DNA of 64,000 bases from Octopus vulgaris (taxonomy: Eukaryota). Both the position numbers and the translations under genes were made by a program. The notes beneath the pieces were generated by a model. It was not told the origin of the DNA. It saw only the letters and a list, made by a program, of their open reading frames with translations, and ran no database searches. The stretch covers positions 150,474,001-150,538,000 of the forward strand of contig OX597817.1 of assembly GCA_951406725.2 (NCBI GenBank), written 5' to 3'. Positions 24,001 through 64,000 of this stretch are shown piece by piece (the stretch's first letter is position 1; each line of letters starts with the position of its first letter).

Positions 24001-26333
24001 AATACTTTCTGCAAGTCCTTTTATTTACTGCATCTTAACCAATGATGAGTTCTGCATATAAAAAATTATTATACTAAGATTTGCATGTTGTTCTAATGGA
24101 AATTTTTCATGAAATAATTATGCACCAGCGAATGTCTATATTTAAAAAAAAAAAAAGAACCAGATTCTAACTCATAATCAAATAGAATTTTCTACAAATC
24201 CTGATATTTACTGATATATCTTGTTGGCAGAGAATGTGCTTGGCCCATTGTTTCTGTTTCATTATCTACTGTGGCATAGTTTCTACAGCTGGATGCCCTT
24301 CATAACATATGTCATTTTACACAGTGTTCTGTGTTTTCCTTTTTTGTAGCACCAGTCCTTGGGAGATCAACATGCAGTTCGCAAGACCAAGAACCTCCTC
24401 AACTGAGTAAGGTTGTTTTAATGCTAGGATGTGAGAGGTTACAGTATGAAAGAAGGGGCCAGAGCTGAGCAGGTTTCTTGCTATAAAGGAGCTATGTGGT
24501 TATTTACATTATAGAAGAGAGAGTGAGAATAATTGGAGTGGAACTCTAAAGAGAAATAAAATAGTGATGATGAGAGGGTGGACCCTCAAGGTGCAAGAAG
24601 GTGAACAGAAGAACAGAGTCTGGGTAGGTGAAGGTTGCAAGAATGTATGTGAAAAGTGAGGAATAGGAACAAAGGAGGGAAGAAAAGATGACTAGAGACT
24701 GGGTGGATGTAGTGAATGGTAGACAAAAGTGATAGGGATGATCAATGATACAAACAAGTTGGAGGAAGGTAGGAGAGAGTAGGTAATGACTGACAGTACA
24801 AAAAGGGGCAAAGAGCTCACACCATCATCAGTTATTTACACAGCTTTTGCATGCTGGCATGGGTTGAGCAGTTTTATAAGGCAGTATTTTACAGTCTGTT
24901 GCCCTTTTAGTAGCCTCTTATGACATATTGGGACATATGCAGTATATGTCATCCCAAAACCAACATACACCACTATATTAATTAATATACTCTCTTTTAC
25001 TTGTTTCAGTCATTTGACTGCGGCCATGCTGGAGCACCGCCTTTAGTTGACCAAATCGACCCCGGGACTTATTCTTTGTAAGCCCAGTACTTATTCTATC
25101 GGTCTCTTTTGCCGAACCGCTAAGTGACAGGGACGTAAACACACCAGCATCGGTTGTCAAGCAATGCTAGGGGGACAAACACGTACACACACACATACAT
25201 ATATATATATACATATATACGACAGGCTTCTTTCAGTTTCTGTCTACCAAATCCACTTACAAGGCATTGGTCAGCCCGAGGCTATAGCAGAAGACACTTG
25301 CCCAAGATGCCACACAGTGGGACTGAACCCGGAACCATGTGGTTGGTTAGCAAGCTACTTACCACACAGCCACTTCTAAAAAACTATAATTATTCTTACA
25401 AGGAATCTAAGATAAGCATTGTTACAGTATTTTTCTTTTTAGACCAGTAACAAAAATTAAGTATACCACAAAATAGATGAAATGATAACATTCAAAGTTT
25501 ATAAACAATAAAATGTTTTGCCTTTCTCCAAGAGTACAGATACTTCTTCTGGTGATAGCTGCAATGGAAGTCCAAGTAAGTTATTTTGGCATGGAGCACG
25601 AGGAAGAGCACCGACCAATGTTCCAACGATTCTGTGCTGTTTTCTTAATAACATGACATCTGAAAGACAAATAAAATCTAATGTAATACATATTTAAACT
25701 AGCAAGCTGGCAGAATCATTAGCATATTACTCTTTTGCTTGTTTCAGTCATTTGACTGCACCACCTGCTGGAGCACCCACTTTAGTTGAGCAAATCAACC
25801 CCGGAACTTATTCTTTGTAAGAGCCTAGTACTTATTCTATCAGCTTCTATTGCCAAACCATTAAGTTACAGGGACGTAAACACACCAGCATCGGTTGTCA
25901 AGCGATGTTGGGAGGGACAAACACAGACACACAAACATATATATATATGTATATATATATATACACACACTTATGTGTATATATATATATTCAAATGTGT
26001 GTGTATTTTGTTTTATATTTATATTTTTATGATTGTACTTTATAATCTCTGACGAGGCCTTGAGATATATATTTAAGTACCTCATTTTCAACTGCGTATT
26101 ACCTAATACATTTGACTAATATAGGCAGAATGAGATACTTTGATCTATGGGCTGAAACAGCTGTAAGGACCATTTTATTTGTATTATTCTTATGGTATTA
26201 TTAATTTGCATATTGATGTATATTGTTTTGTTCGATTTTGATGTTACTATTTATATAGTTAATAAATAATATGAAATGGTAATATCTGTAAGTTGATGAT
26301 TGAAATGAATTTGTTCCTCCATTTCCTTATTTG

Positions 26334-26375
<42 letters not shown>

Positions 26376-28443
26376 ACACATATATATGATGGGCTTCTTT
26401 CAGTTTCCACCTACCAAATCCACTAACAAGGCTTTGGTCGGCCTGAGGCTATAGTAGAAGACAGATAAATATATAGTTTCTATTTGATATCAAGTGTCAT
26501 GTAAAAGGCACTCATGCCTGTGCCACATGAAAAGCACCTGTGGTGGCACCACATAAAGAGCATCCAGTACACTCTGTAAAGTGGTTGGTGTTAGGAAGAG
26601 CATCCAGCTGTAGAGACCATGCCAAAACAGATGACTGAAGCTTGATGCAGTCCTGTGGCTTGCCAGCTCTTGTCAAACCATCCAACCCATGGCAACATGA
26701 GAAATGGACATTAAATGATAATGTTGAATGTTAACTCTAAAGTCTTCCAGTTCAGGGTGACATTATAGTATAATGTGAACAGTAAACAAGGCTCTGCAAC
26801 AAATACACAGAATGCAGGTGCAATGAAAGATTAGATTCCATGTAATCAAAATTCAAGTGCAAGGAACAGCCAAATATTCAAATTCTGATGATAGAAACTG
26901 AAAATTGAATCATTGCAAATTTAGGTCGTTCATTACCAGTGCCGCTGGACTGACTCCTGTGCAGGTGGCACGTAAAAAAACACCATTTGAGTGTGGCTGT
27001 TGCCAGTACCGCCAGACTGGCCCTTGTGCAGGTGGCGTGTAAAAGCACCCACTACACTCTTAGAGTGGTTGGCGTTGGGAAGGGCATGAAGCTGTAGAAA
27101 CTCTGCCAGATCAGATTGGAGCCTGGTGCAGCCATCTGGTTCACCAGTCCTCAGTCAAATTGTCCAACCCATGCCAGCATGGAAAGTGGACATTAAACGA
27201 TGATGATGATGTTTCAATACAAATTCAAATTAAGTCTCTAGTACTATGGAGTGTGGCTGTAAAGTAGGATCTTTAAATTGTGAACTGAAGAAATATTTGT
27301 AGATAAATGGATCAGAGCCAGGGTGTGGGCTCAAATGGGTTGGCATCAAAAGGGTTAACTGACATAGGTTGTTCAAATTGTAAATGTCCATAAAGCAATT
27401 CTTCCTCTGTAGTAACTGTTTTTGTTCTTCTTCCTTGCAGATATATAATGGCGACCAAGCAGAAGCAATGTGCTGTCTCTGAGTTCTTGACAAAGGACGG
27501 CACAGGCTCTCTGACATTCACAGACAAATCGCTTACAGAGACGACGTCATTGTCAAGAGTGATGAAGAGAATCCCAGCACTGAAAAGAAATGCTGCAGTG
27601 GAAGACCACCAACTGTGGCCATTGTGACATGAATCATTAGTGAGTGGACACACTGATTTACACAGACAGACAAGTCAGAATCACAACTGTTTTGTGATCA
27701 CTATGCATTACAAAAGATAGTGGAAGATTTTGGGGATGAAAAAATGTGTAAAGCAGGTATTTTGGGAATTGATGCTTGATCTGAAGGAGAGAAGGGTGGA
27801 AGTCTGTTCTGCTGGAAGCATTTGAAGCCAATGAAGGCATGTTTTTTTCCAATCTGGAGATTGGGGATGGGGGATGAAACATTGGTATATCTTTAAGACC
27901 TAGACTGAAAAATCAGTCTACATCACTTTTTCATAACTCAAGAAGTTCAAAGGCTAGTAATCAGCACAGAAAGTTATGGTAACTGGTCTTGGAGACTTTT
28001 TGAAATGCGGTCATACCATGAAAGCTTAGAAAAGCCATAAGGAGTAAGAGTCCAAGCAAAAATCTAACAATGATCCACAGTCACCCTGACAATGCACTTC
28101 CAAACACATCTTCTGTTATAAGTTAGGCAATTGACAAATTGAGCGGGTCAGTGGTCCCTCATCCATTATAGAGCCCAGATCTGGCACCCTCTGACTTCCA
28201 ACTGTTTGGTTGGAATGATAACATAAACAAAGTGGAAAGTGGCTGAGAAGTATAACAGAGCACACCTGAATTTTATCAAAGGAGATTTAAGAGCTGAGTT
28301 CAACAATGGTGCAAAGGCACTGCTTGTGAAGAAGACTATGTCAAGTAGCACCATTCTACAGAAGAATTACTCAACCACTGTATGCAATTTGAATGATCTT
28401 TGTCAGTTAATAAAAAAGTTATGCTCACTTTTGCCTTGCTTTC

Positions 28444-28474
<31 letters not shown>

Positions 28475-31400
28475 GTGAAGCTTTATTATAGCATTGTATA
28501 TTATTGACTGCTATTTCCAGTAAATATTGGTGCATTGTTGTACCACCACTTTATATATATATATATGTATTTACTTAGAAGAATGGAAATTTGAACTTAA
28601 ACGTAATGATGGATGAAACGTCATTAAGCATTTTATTCTGGTGTGATAACGATTCTGCCATTTCGCTGCCTTTGCTCGTTTTGATAATTCCTTCGACTAA
28701 GGTGGCAAGATAGTAGAACTGTTAGCATGCCAGGTAACATGTCCAGCAGTGTTTTGTCTGTCACTATGCTTGAGTTCAGATTCCACTGTGGATGACTTTG
28801 CCTTTCATCCTTTTGGGGTTGATAAAATAAGTACCAGTCAAGTTTTGGAGTCAATGTAATCAACTTACCTCCCCCCTCAAAGTTGCTGGCCTTGTACCAA
28901 AATTTGAAACCAACATTAACAATTTCTATGCCAAAACAGACAATAGAGATTGACACAGCCCTCTGGTTTGCCAGCTCTTGTCAAAAGATTCAACCCATGC
29001 CAGGCTGGAAAACATGTTAAATAATGATGAGGATAAATTGCACCATTTTACACTTGACTATAAGAGAGAAATCTGGGACGCGACTTATACGTGGGGCAAA
29101 GCTAAAACTATGAAAAGAAACAATTTTGTATCAAGATTTAACGCTAAAATAAGGGTGTGTGGCTTTTACATGAGTAAATGTGGTAGTTTTTGAGAGCTTA
29201 TTTTCCATTAGTTAACTTGATCATCATCATCATCATCGTTTAACATCCGTTTTCCATGCTTGACCACCTTGTCCCATGTCTTCCTGGGTCTACCTCTACC
29301 TCGGATTCCTTCAACAGTTTGGGAGTGGCACTTCTTCACACATCTCTCCTAATCCATCCATAGTACATGACCATACCAATGCAAACGTTTCTCCTGCACG
29401 CCGCATCCAATGCTTCTTATGCCCAACATTTCTCTCAGGGCGCTAACACTCTATATTTAACAATTCTTTGTTTATACTCTTTGTATTTGCTATTATTCAG
29501 ATTTAAAAATGCAGAAGAGAAAATTAAATGTGTACCATCTATGAATAGAATGAAATCAAATAATTTTAGGGCAGTGGATAGGACATTTATATAAATAGAG
29601 AAAAAGGACTCTAAAATGGAAACTAAGATAAAGAAATAAGATGAAGATCCCTCCTGAGTCATATAGACACATGATGCTAGGTTCTTGGTTTCCATGGTGC
29701 ATATGCATCCCAGTGGATGGGATGCCAGTCCATCACAGTATTAGTCATTTTTGCCAGCTGTGTGGACTGGAGTAACATGAAATGAAGTGTTTTGCTCAAG
29801 AACACAAAATGTTGCCCGGACCAGAAAATGGAAACCCAGTCTTAAGATCACAAGTCCAACAACCTAACCACCAGGGGAATTTATTTACCAAATATGGCAA
29901 ATGAGATGATATTTCACCATTGTACTTGACAAATTGATATTGATTAATGAAGTATTGAGAACATTTGTTGTTTAGCGTATGTCCGCCTTGATCAAGAAGG
30001 CCTACGATCAAACATATTCCAGTAACTCTGTTCTGAATTTTTTCATGCTTCATATTTCTAAAACAGTCAGAGATTTTGCCCAATCTTTTTAAAATGGTTT
30101 CATTTGAATCCAGTGTTGTAAAAAAATTATTCATTTTTTTTTTTAGAGGTATTTTGGTCATTTTTGGCATGGGTCTTCAAGCACTTTCCTTCCAGTTCTT
30201 GGTTCTTATTAAATACATTTACTGCATTTCATATATATATATATATTTATTTCAAAATCGGAATTGTATTTTAAACGTGGAGTTCCCAAAAACATTTTCG
30301 GAAAAAGTTAACAACAAAATAAAAAAGAAAAAAGGGGTGGAGGGGGAAATTAAAAATTCGAAAGCTTTTCAGTTTTATTTTTCTGGTAAACTTGTATTCT
30401 CCGTTGTTAAAAAGACAGCAATATGATGAAATTTTTGAAAACAGAAAGTGGATGGGTGTGTGTGCGTGTCTATTCTACACATCCTCCTGAACGTTTCCGA
30501 ATAGTGTCATTATTTCTACTTTCATTTTCTGATCATAAACCGAAAGAAAACTAATACCATTTCTTAGAAAACTAATACCATAAAATAAACCTTGCCAAAT
30601 ATTATTTTGACGATTTTATTCTTATTATTTACGTTTATTGTTGGGAACCATGCTATGTATGTTACTGTACAATTGCTCGGGGAAAATTATCCAATTATCA
30701 TTGCCACACTACAATAGTTAAAGTAAAAATAACATGATCCTATCAATGCATCATCGGTTTCCGTATGTTAATAAAACTAAAACAATATTTATAAAATTAG
30801 TTGAAGATATTTACATTTTTACGAAAATATCAAAGCGGAAAAAAAATGTCTAAGTAAAATAGAACTATACTGATGGTTCCGCAATTTTGCATGTTCTCCG
30901 ATATTTTCAATATTTATTTTCTCTTTCGTTTGTTTCGGTGATATTTAGATATATTCCATATCAAGATTCTTGTATGGAAGCTATTCTAATATATGGATTT
31001 AGGCCTAAAAGATAGGGTTGGTGTTGTGAATGGATGTGGTTTATCAAACCCCACAGATGTCGGTAAAACCTAGGTTACGAAAAATACCTAACAAAAAAGA
31101 ACAAAACTGAATGTTTGTGAAAAGCTACTGACATCTAATGTCTCACAAATGTTACCCCCACCCCCAAACTCCAAAATGCAGGTAACGATATTGTTTAACA
31201 TTAGGTCGAGCAGACGAATGAGATTATTGTATTATAATTTCAACGTAGTCATGACCATTGCGTCTTTTCAAATAGCTCTCTCTAACATTATCTCATATGT
31301 CCTTTAAAAATTTACCTTTAAAACTAATAAGGTGCAAGCCGAGAGAGATTTGGATGCCATTTCTAGCTGATTAAGCGACCACGTACAGGCTAGCAAAAAA

Positions 31401-31693
31401 TAGAAAAAAGGCGAGGACCTGCCAGGAAGGAAAAAGAACACGTTTAATGCACATGGAAGTACCTTCTCTTAATCACTACATAAAGATGTAAAATTTACAT
31501 TTGGAACGAAAAATTTCTTTAAACTAATCTACGTAGCTTTACTTCGTCAATATAAAATCAAATGTCGATATGCAAAAAGGGGTATCGATACTATTTTGAC
31601 ATAAAATGTATATTTACCTTCATTATTCCATACTAAACCAACATCACCATCAATATAAATTTTGATCACTTTTTCATTTAAACTCTCTTCCAT
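14839..31693 (-). CDS. TSEN34: tRNA-splicing endonuclease subunit Sen34; exons 31693-31618, 25659-25522, 17209-17112, 16176-15957, 15862-15704, 15041-14839; about 297 aa
   Basis: In-frame spliced ORF with Sen34 motifs [53 protein letters not shown] and RLGTSVRKT (catalytic Tyr/His/Lys). Confidence 0.93.
15704..15862 (-). CDS. TSEN34: TSEN34 exon 5
   Basis: ENPW..[26 protein letters not shown]|gtgag. Confidence 0.93.
15957..16176 (-). CDS. TSEN34: TSEN34 exon 4
   Basis: tttcag|IPLYQQERR..VVQIFT G|gtgagt. Confidence 0.85.
16708..16890 (+). mobile_element. piggyBac-type MITE
   Basis: TTAA|CCCTTTCG..CGAAAGGA|TTAA; same family as 43955-44174. Confidence 0.75.
17112..17209 (-). CDS. TSEN34: TSEN34 exon 3
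   Basis: ttttaag|..GIAHLIQEVFPNKLSPEEIQAYEEQRHQSYTEQ|gtaac; phases fit both neighbours. Confidence 0.82.
18310..19890 (+). mobile_element. 5'-truncated RTE LINE with 3' UTR and (GAT)n tail
   Basis: GSVLSP, LYSDDLAL (RT YADD box), GLSLRVKGRLFDACMRTAMLHGSETW, WYGHV, GRGRPRKTW; its 3' UTR matches family B. Confidence 0.88.
19430..19603 (+). repeat. ~42-bp tandem minisatellite inside the RTE 3' region
   Basis: About 4 copies of GGAGGCAAAGTGGCTGAGTTCCTTTCAAGTGTTGGGCCTCAT. Confidence 0.85.
20232..20701 (-). mobile_element. RTE LINE 3' fragment (second subfamily) with long TSD
   Basis: RQRWLCWLCHVRGMEDGEIPKDVLFGEL..RDMKAL; C2H2-like CDLC..H..H; flanked by a ~112-bp direct duplication. Confidence 0.82.
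23200..24150 (-). mobile_element. Decayed mariner transposase
   Basis: - strand remnants DEPRSRCP, LIMTGDEK, PHTAQ, PPYSPD. Confidence 0.75.
24990..25376 (-). mobile_element. SINE family A, full length
   Basis: Near-identical to 2366-2802. Confidence 0.88.
25522..25659 (-). CDS. TSEN34: TSEN34 exon 2
   Basis: tttcag|..[45 protein letters not shown]; probable GC donor. Confidence 0.88.
25729..26464 (-). mobile_element. SINE family A split by a Penelope-like fragment inserted in its (TA)n tract
   Basis: SINE halves at 25729-25960 and 26380-26464; foreign AT-rich segment ~25990-26335 contains a hammerhead motif. Confidence 0.65.
26046..26168 (+). ncRNA. Hammerhead ribozyme motif (Penelope-type, long stem II)
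   Basis: TCT-CTGACGA-GGCC..GGCT-GAAA-CAGCTG-TA-AGG; internal stem AAGTACCTCATTTT / AGAATGAGATACTT. Confidence 0.65.
27960..28440 (+). mobile_element. Decayed mariner transposase
   Basis: Remnants resembling HPDNA and HP..SPDLAPSDF (CATCCATTATAGAGCCCAGATCTGGCACCCTCTGACTTC). Confidence 0.65.
31618..31693 (-). CDS. TSEN34: TSEN34 exon 1
   Basis: MEESLNEKVIKIYIDGDVGLVWNNE; donor G|gtaaat; phase 1 joins next exon as D-VMLLRK. Confidence 0.78.
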
Positions 31694-33560
31694 GTTAAAT
31701 CTTATTTGTGGAGATTTTCTCAAGACAGAATCCAAGACACATGGGATAAAAATTCAGCGATTTATATACGTCAGTCCATCGTGTTTACTCCAACGAGGTA
31801 ACGAGGACATCGGGTATGTCTAAATTCCAGCATGGAATTGAAACGAACTAATGTATATGTATATACCCGGAGCAACGAAGTAATCTCCACATATTTTGAC
31901 ATTTGCGTTCGATTTAATAGGCAAAATATTTACGATAATTTTATTTGGCATTTGCTTAAGAATATGTGGACATCATGCATCAAAAAGACAATAGGAAACA
32001 AAATCATGCCTGTATGTTGTTGTTTAAAACGTTGAAACAGAAACAAACAGTGCCAATCCAATTCCTTGGAGGAAATTCCCACCCCAGTATCTCGCAAATT
32101 GTTTTCTCTTCACTTTAAGAAATATTTTCTAGCTATAGTTATGAATTTTTAATTTGTTTTTGAAGGCATCTTAACAACAAAATGTATTTCTAGCAAGAAT
32201 TTGATGGTTCTTTACGAATATTGCAAATTTAAAACTAATCCTTATCTGGCGAAATCTAACGTGCATGTTTTAACAATTCATTTATTTAATTCATGTTTAT
32301 TTACTATCAAAACCTGTAAATAATTTTAAATGTTGACACTGTATAAATTTACTAAATGAAGTTAACTGGAGCCTGTGGCTTAAATTCTTAAAATTCTTTA
32401 CAAAGAATGACGTGTCATCCTGACTATTATAGTTTTGCCCCAGGTCGTGAACAAACAAATCTATAATCGAAAGACATTCAAGCTATGACCATCCAGTTTA
32501 TTTTAGTAGCATCTGTGACTTTATCAGTATTCTTTATTCTTTTCTTTGCAAGATGCTAGGGTATGATTTGAGGGACATTAAACAGCTAATTATAGCAGGT
32601 CAAGTGTACATATAGAGGAACCCTCATTCTTGGAGTATAATATTGAATTATTTATAGATTATTTCACTTAATAATGCCCGAAACGGGCAGAGTTACTTAA
32701 GAAGTCGTCTTCTGGGTTTTAATATAAATGATTAATATATAACATCGATGTAGTTATTAAATGAATATTGCTTTTCTATGTCCTGTAATCCAGCTGTAAT
32801 CCTGTAAATACCAATTTCACCTTGACATTCGCTCCTATAGGCTCTATAAAATAATGACAACAATACACGAAATCGTCTATTAACCCCGACCTTGTCAAAG
32901 AAATCACGATAATACAGCGTATTTCAATGAGTTGGGGTCACTTTGTGTAATATTGACTCTGAACATATTCAGGATGAAGGGTATAACCTTAATATTTAAT
33001 TGGCATTTAAAAAATATTTTATCGATCCTGCAAGGATGAAAGTCAAAGTGACCTCGGTAGGATTTGAAACTCAAAGCATAGAGACGTAACTAAATACCAC
33101 TAGGCAGTTTGTTCGTCGCTCTGCTGATTCCACCACCCATTGATCTGACTGGTGTCAATCCAGATTTCGTTTTAATGGTGCACAACGGCTCAGAGTATTT
33201 TGTGATTCCTTTCCCCAAAGAATTAGTTACGTAAATGTATCATAATAGCTTCCACTACACAGTCTTAATCTTCTTGAAGATAATCTCATGTTCTATCTAA
33301 AACCATCACAGTAGAAAGTTTAATATTAATGAGCTTATGAATATTTATATTTTTCTGATTTTGAATAATAAATATTGCATTAAATACTTTAACCTTGTCA
33401 CAAATTTCTTCACAAATCTCAATAAAAATGTTTTACCTTTTTTCATATAAAAATATCTATACACACATGATTATGTTAGCAATAAATTATAAAGTCTCAT
33501 ATCTACTACTGAATAGAAAATGTTTTACTATTCCGCTTTTTAATTGTTCTATTATAATAA

Positions 33561-33642
33561 GTCACGTGCCTGCTCACATGACCAATTTCTGGCGGGAAAT
33601 TTTAGCACAACTAACGTGGCGAGTTCACCTTTGTTGCGGGAA
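33561..33642 (+). promoter_or_regulatory. MCM3 proximal promoter (E2F sites, CCAAT, E-box)
   Basis: CACGTG 33563-33568; CCAAT 33582-33586; TGGCGGGAAA (TTTCCCGCCA on - strand) 33590-33599; second GCGGGAA 33636-33642; 45-125 bp upstream of the ATG. Confidence 0.65.
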
Positions 33643-33687
33643 TATTTCTAAGGAAATTCAATTTTCCACTAAGTTTTATAATTAATA

Positions 33688-63380
<29,693 letters not shown>

Positions 63381-64000
63381 GTAAGTTTTATATTAAGAAG
63401 AAAGAAAAAAAAAATCAACTTATTAACGGTTTTATGTAAAATAAACTGGATAGAAAATTGCAACAAAGAAAATCAACTGAGAAATACTCCAGTATCTAGT
63501 TATTTTTGTTTTAATATTTCATCGTGAATTATCAAGTCATTTTTACCTGACCTATTTATCAATATAGGTTTAACATAATTAGTATAATGACAAATTACTC
63601 TTAATTAAGATTCACTTTTTATTTTGGTGTTTGCATTTTAATATAATCTCTTGTGCAATTTCTATCTTCACCAGTTTTCCTCTTTGTCATTCCTTCTGTG
63701 TTTTTCAAGTGTTAAGCTTAATAGAGTATTTGATAAAACGTGTCTCTCCTTGTGGCCGATGCCAGTGCTGCCTGACTGGCACATAAGAAACACTATTCGA
63801 GCATGGTTGATGCCAGTACCGCCTGACTGGTTCTCATACAGAAGGCATGTAAAAAGCACCCACTACACTCTCAAAGTGGTTGGTGTTAGGAAGGGTATCC
63901 TGCTGTAGAAACCTTGCCAGAACAGATTAGAGCCCAGTGCAACCTCCTGGCTTGCCAGTCCTCAGTCAGACTGTCCAACCCATGCCAGCATGGAAAGCAG

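Noticed and set aside
27110-27165. CTGAGGA-CTGG-TGAA-CCAG on the - strand of family B as a hammerhead
   Set aside because: It matches CUGANGA plus a stem, but is followed by ATGG rather than GAAA and has no stems I/III; it is only a 3'-UTR hairpin.

Overview
AT-rich eukaryotic genomic DNA, very likely an octopus (cephalopod mollusc), judged from the dense tRNA-derived SINEs, RTE/CR1 LINE debris and microsatellites. Three spliced protein-coding genes could be reconstructed by hand. (1) An Emi1/Emi2-family APC/C inhibitor (FBXO5/FBXO43, + strand, 4 coding exons, 11835-13533, about 320 aa). (2) tRNA-splicing endonuclease TSEN34 (- strand, 6 exons, 31693-14839, about 297 aa, with a probable GC-AG intron). 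(3) MCM3 (+ strand, 17 exons from 33688 to 63380, 608 codons, continuing beyond the window). TSEN34 is head-to-head with MCM3 and tail-to-tail with the Emi gene. The remainder is mobile DNA: SINEs, RTE and CR1 fragments, mariner relics, piggyBac/hAT/pogo MITEs, Helitrons and a miniature LTR element. The most unusual signal is a ~470-bp palindromic element in MCM3 intron 8, each arm of which joins a tRNA-type Pol III promoter to a Penelope-type hammerhead ribozyme motif. Other signals of note are a second hammerhead with a long stem II at 26046-26168, a TRIM-like element with an over-long tRNA-Trp PBS, tandem H-type pseudoknot motifs in an RTE 3' UTR, and an NF-Y/CHR/E2F promoter on the Emi gene. 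All calls come from manual reading; repeat boundaries are approximate and no database searches were run.
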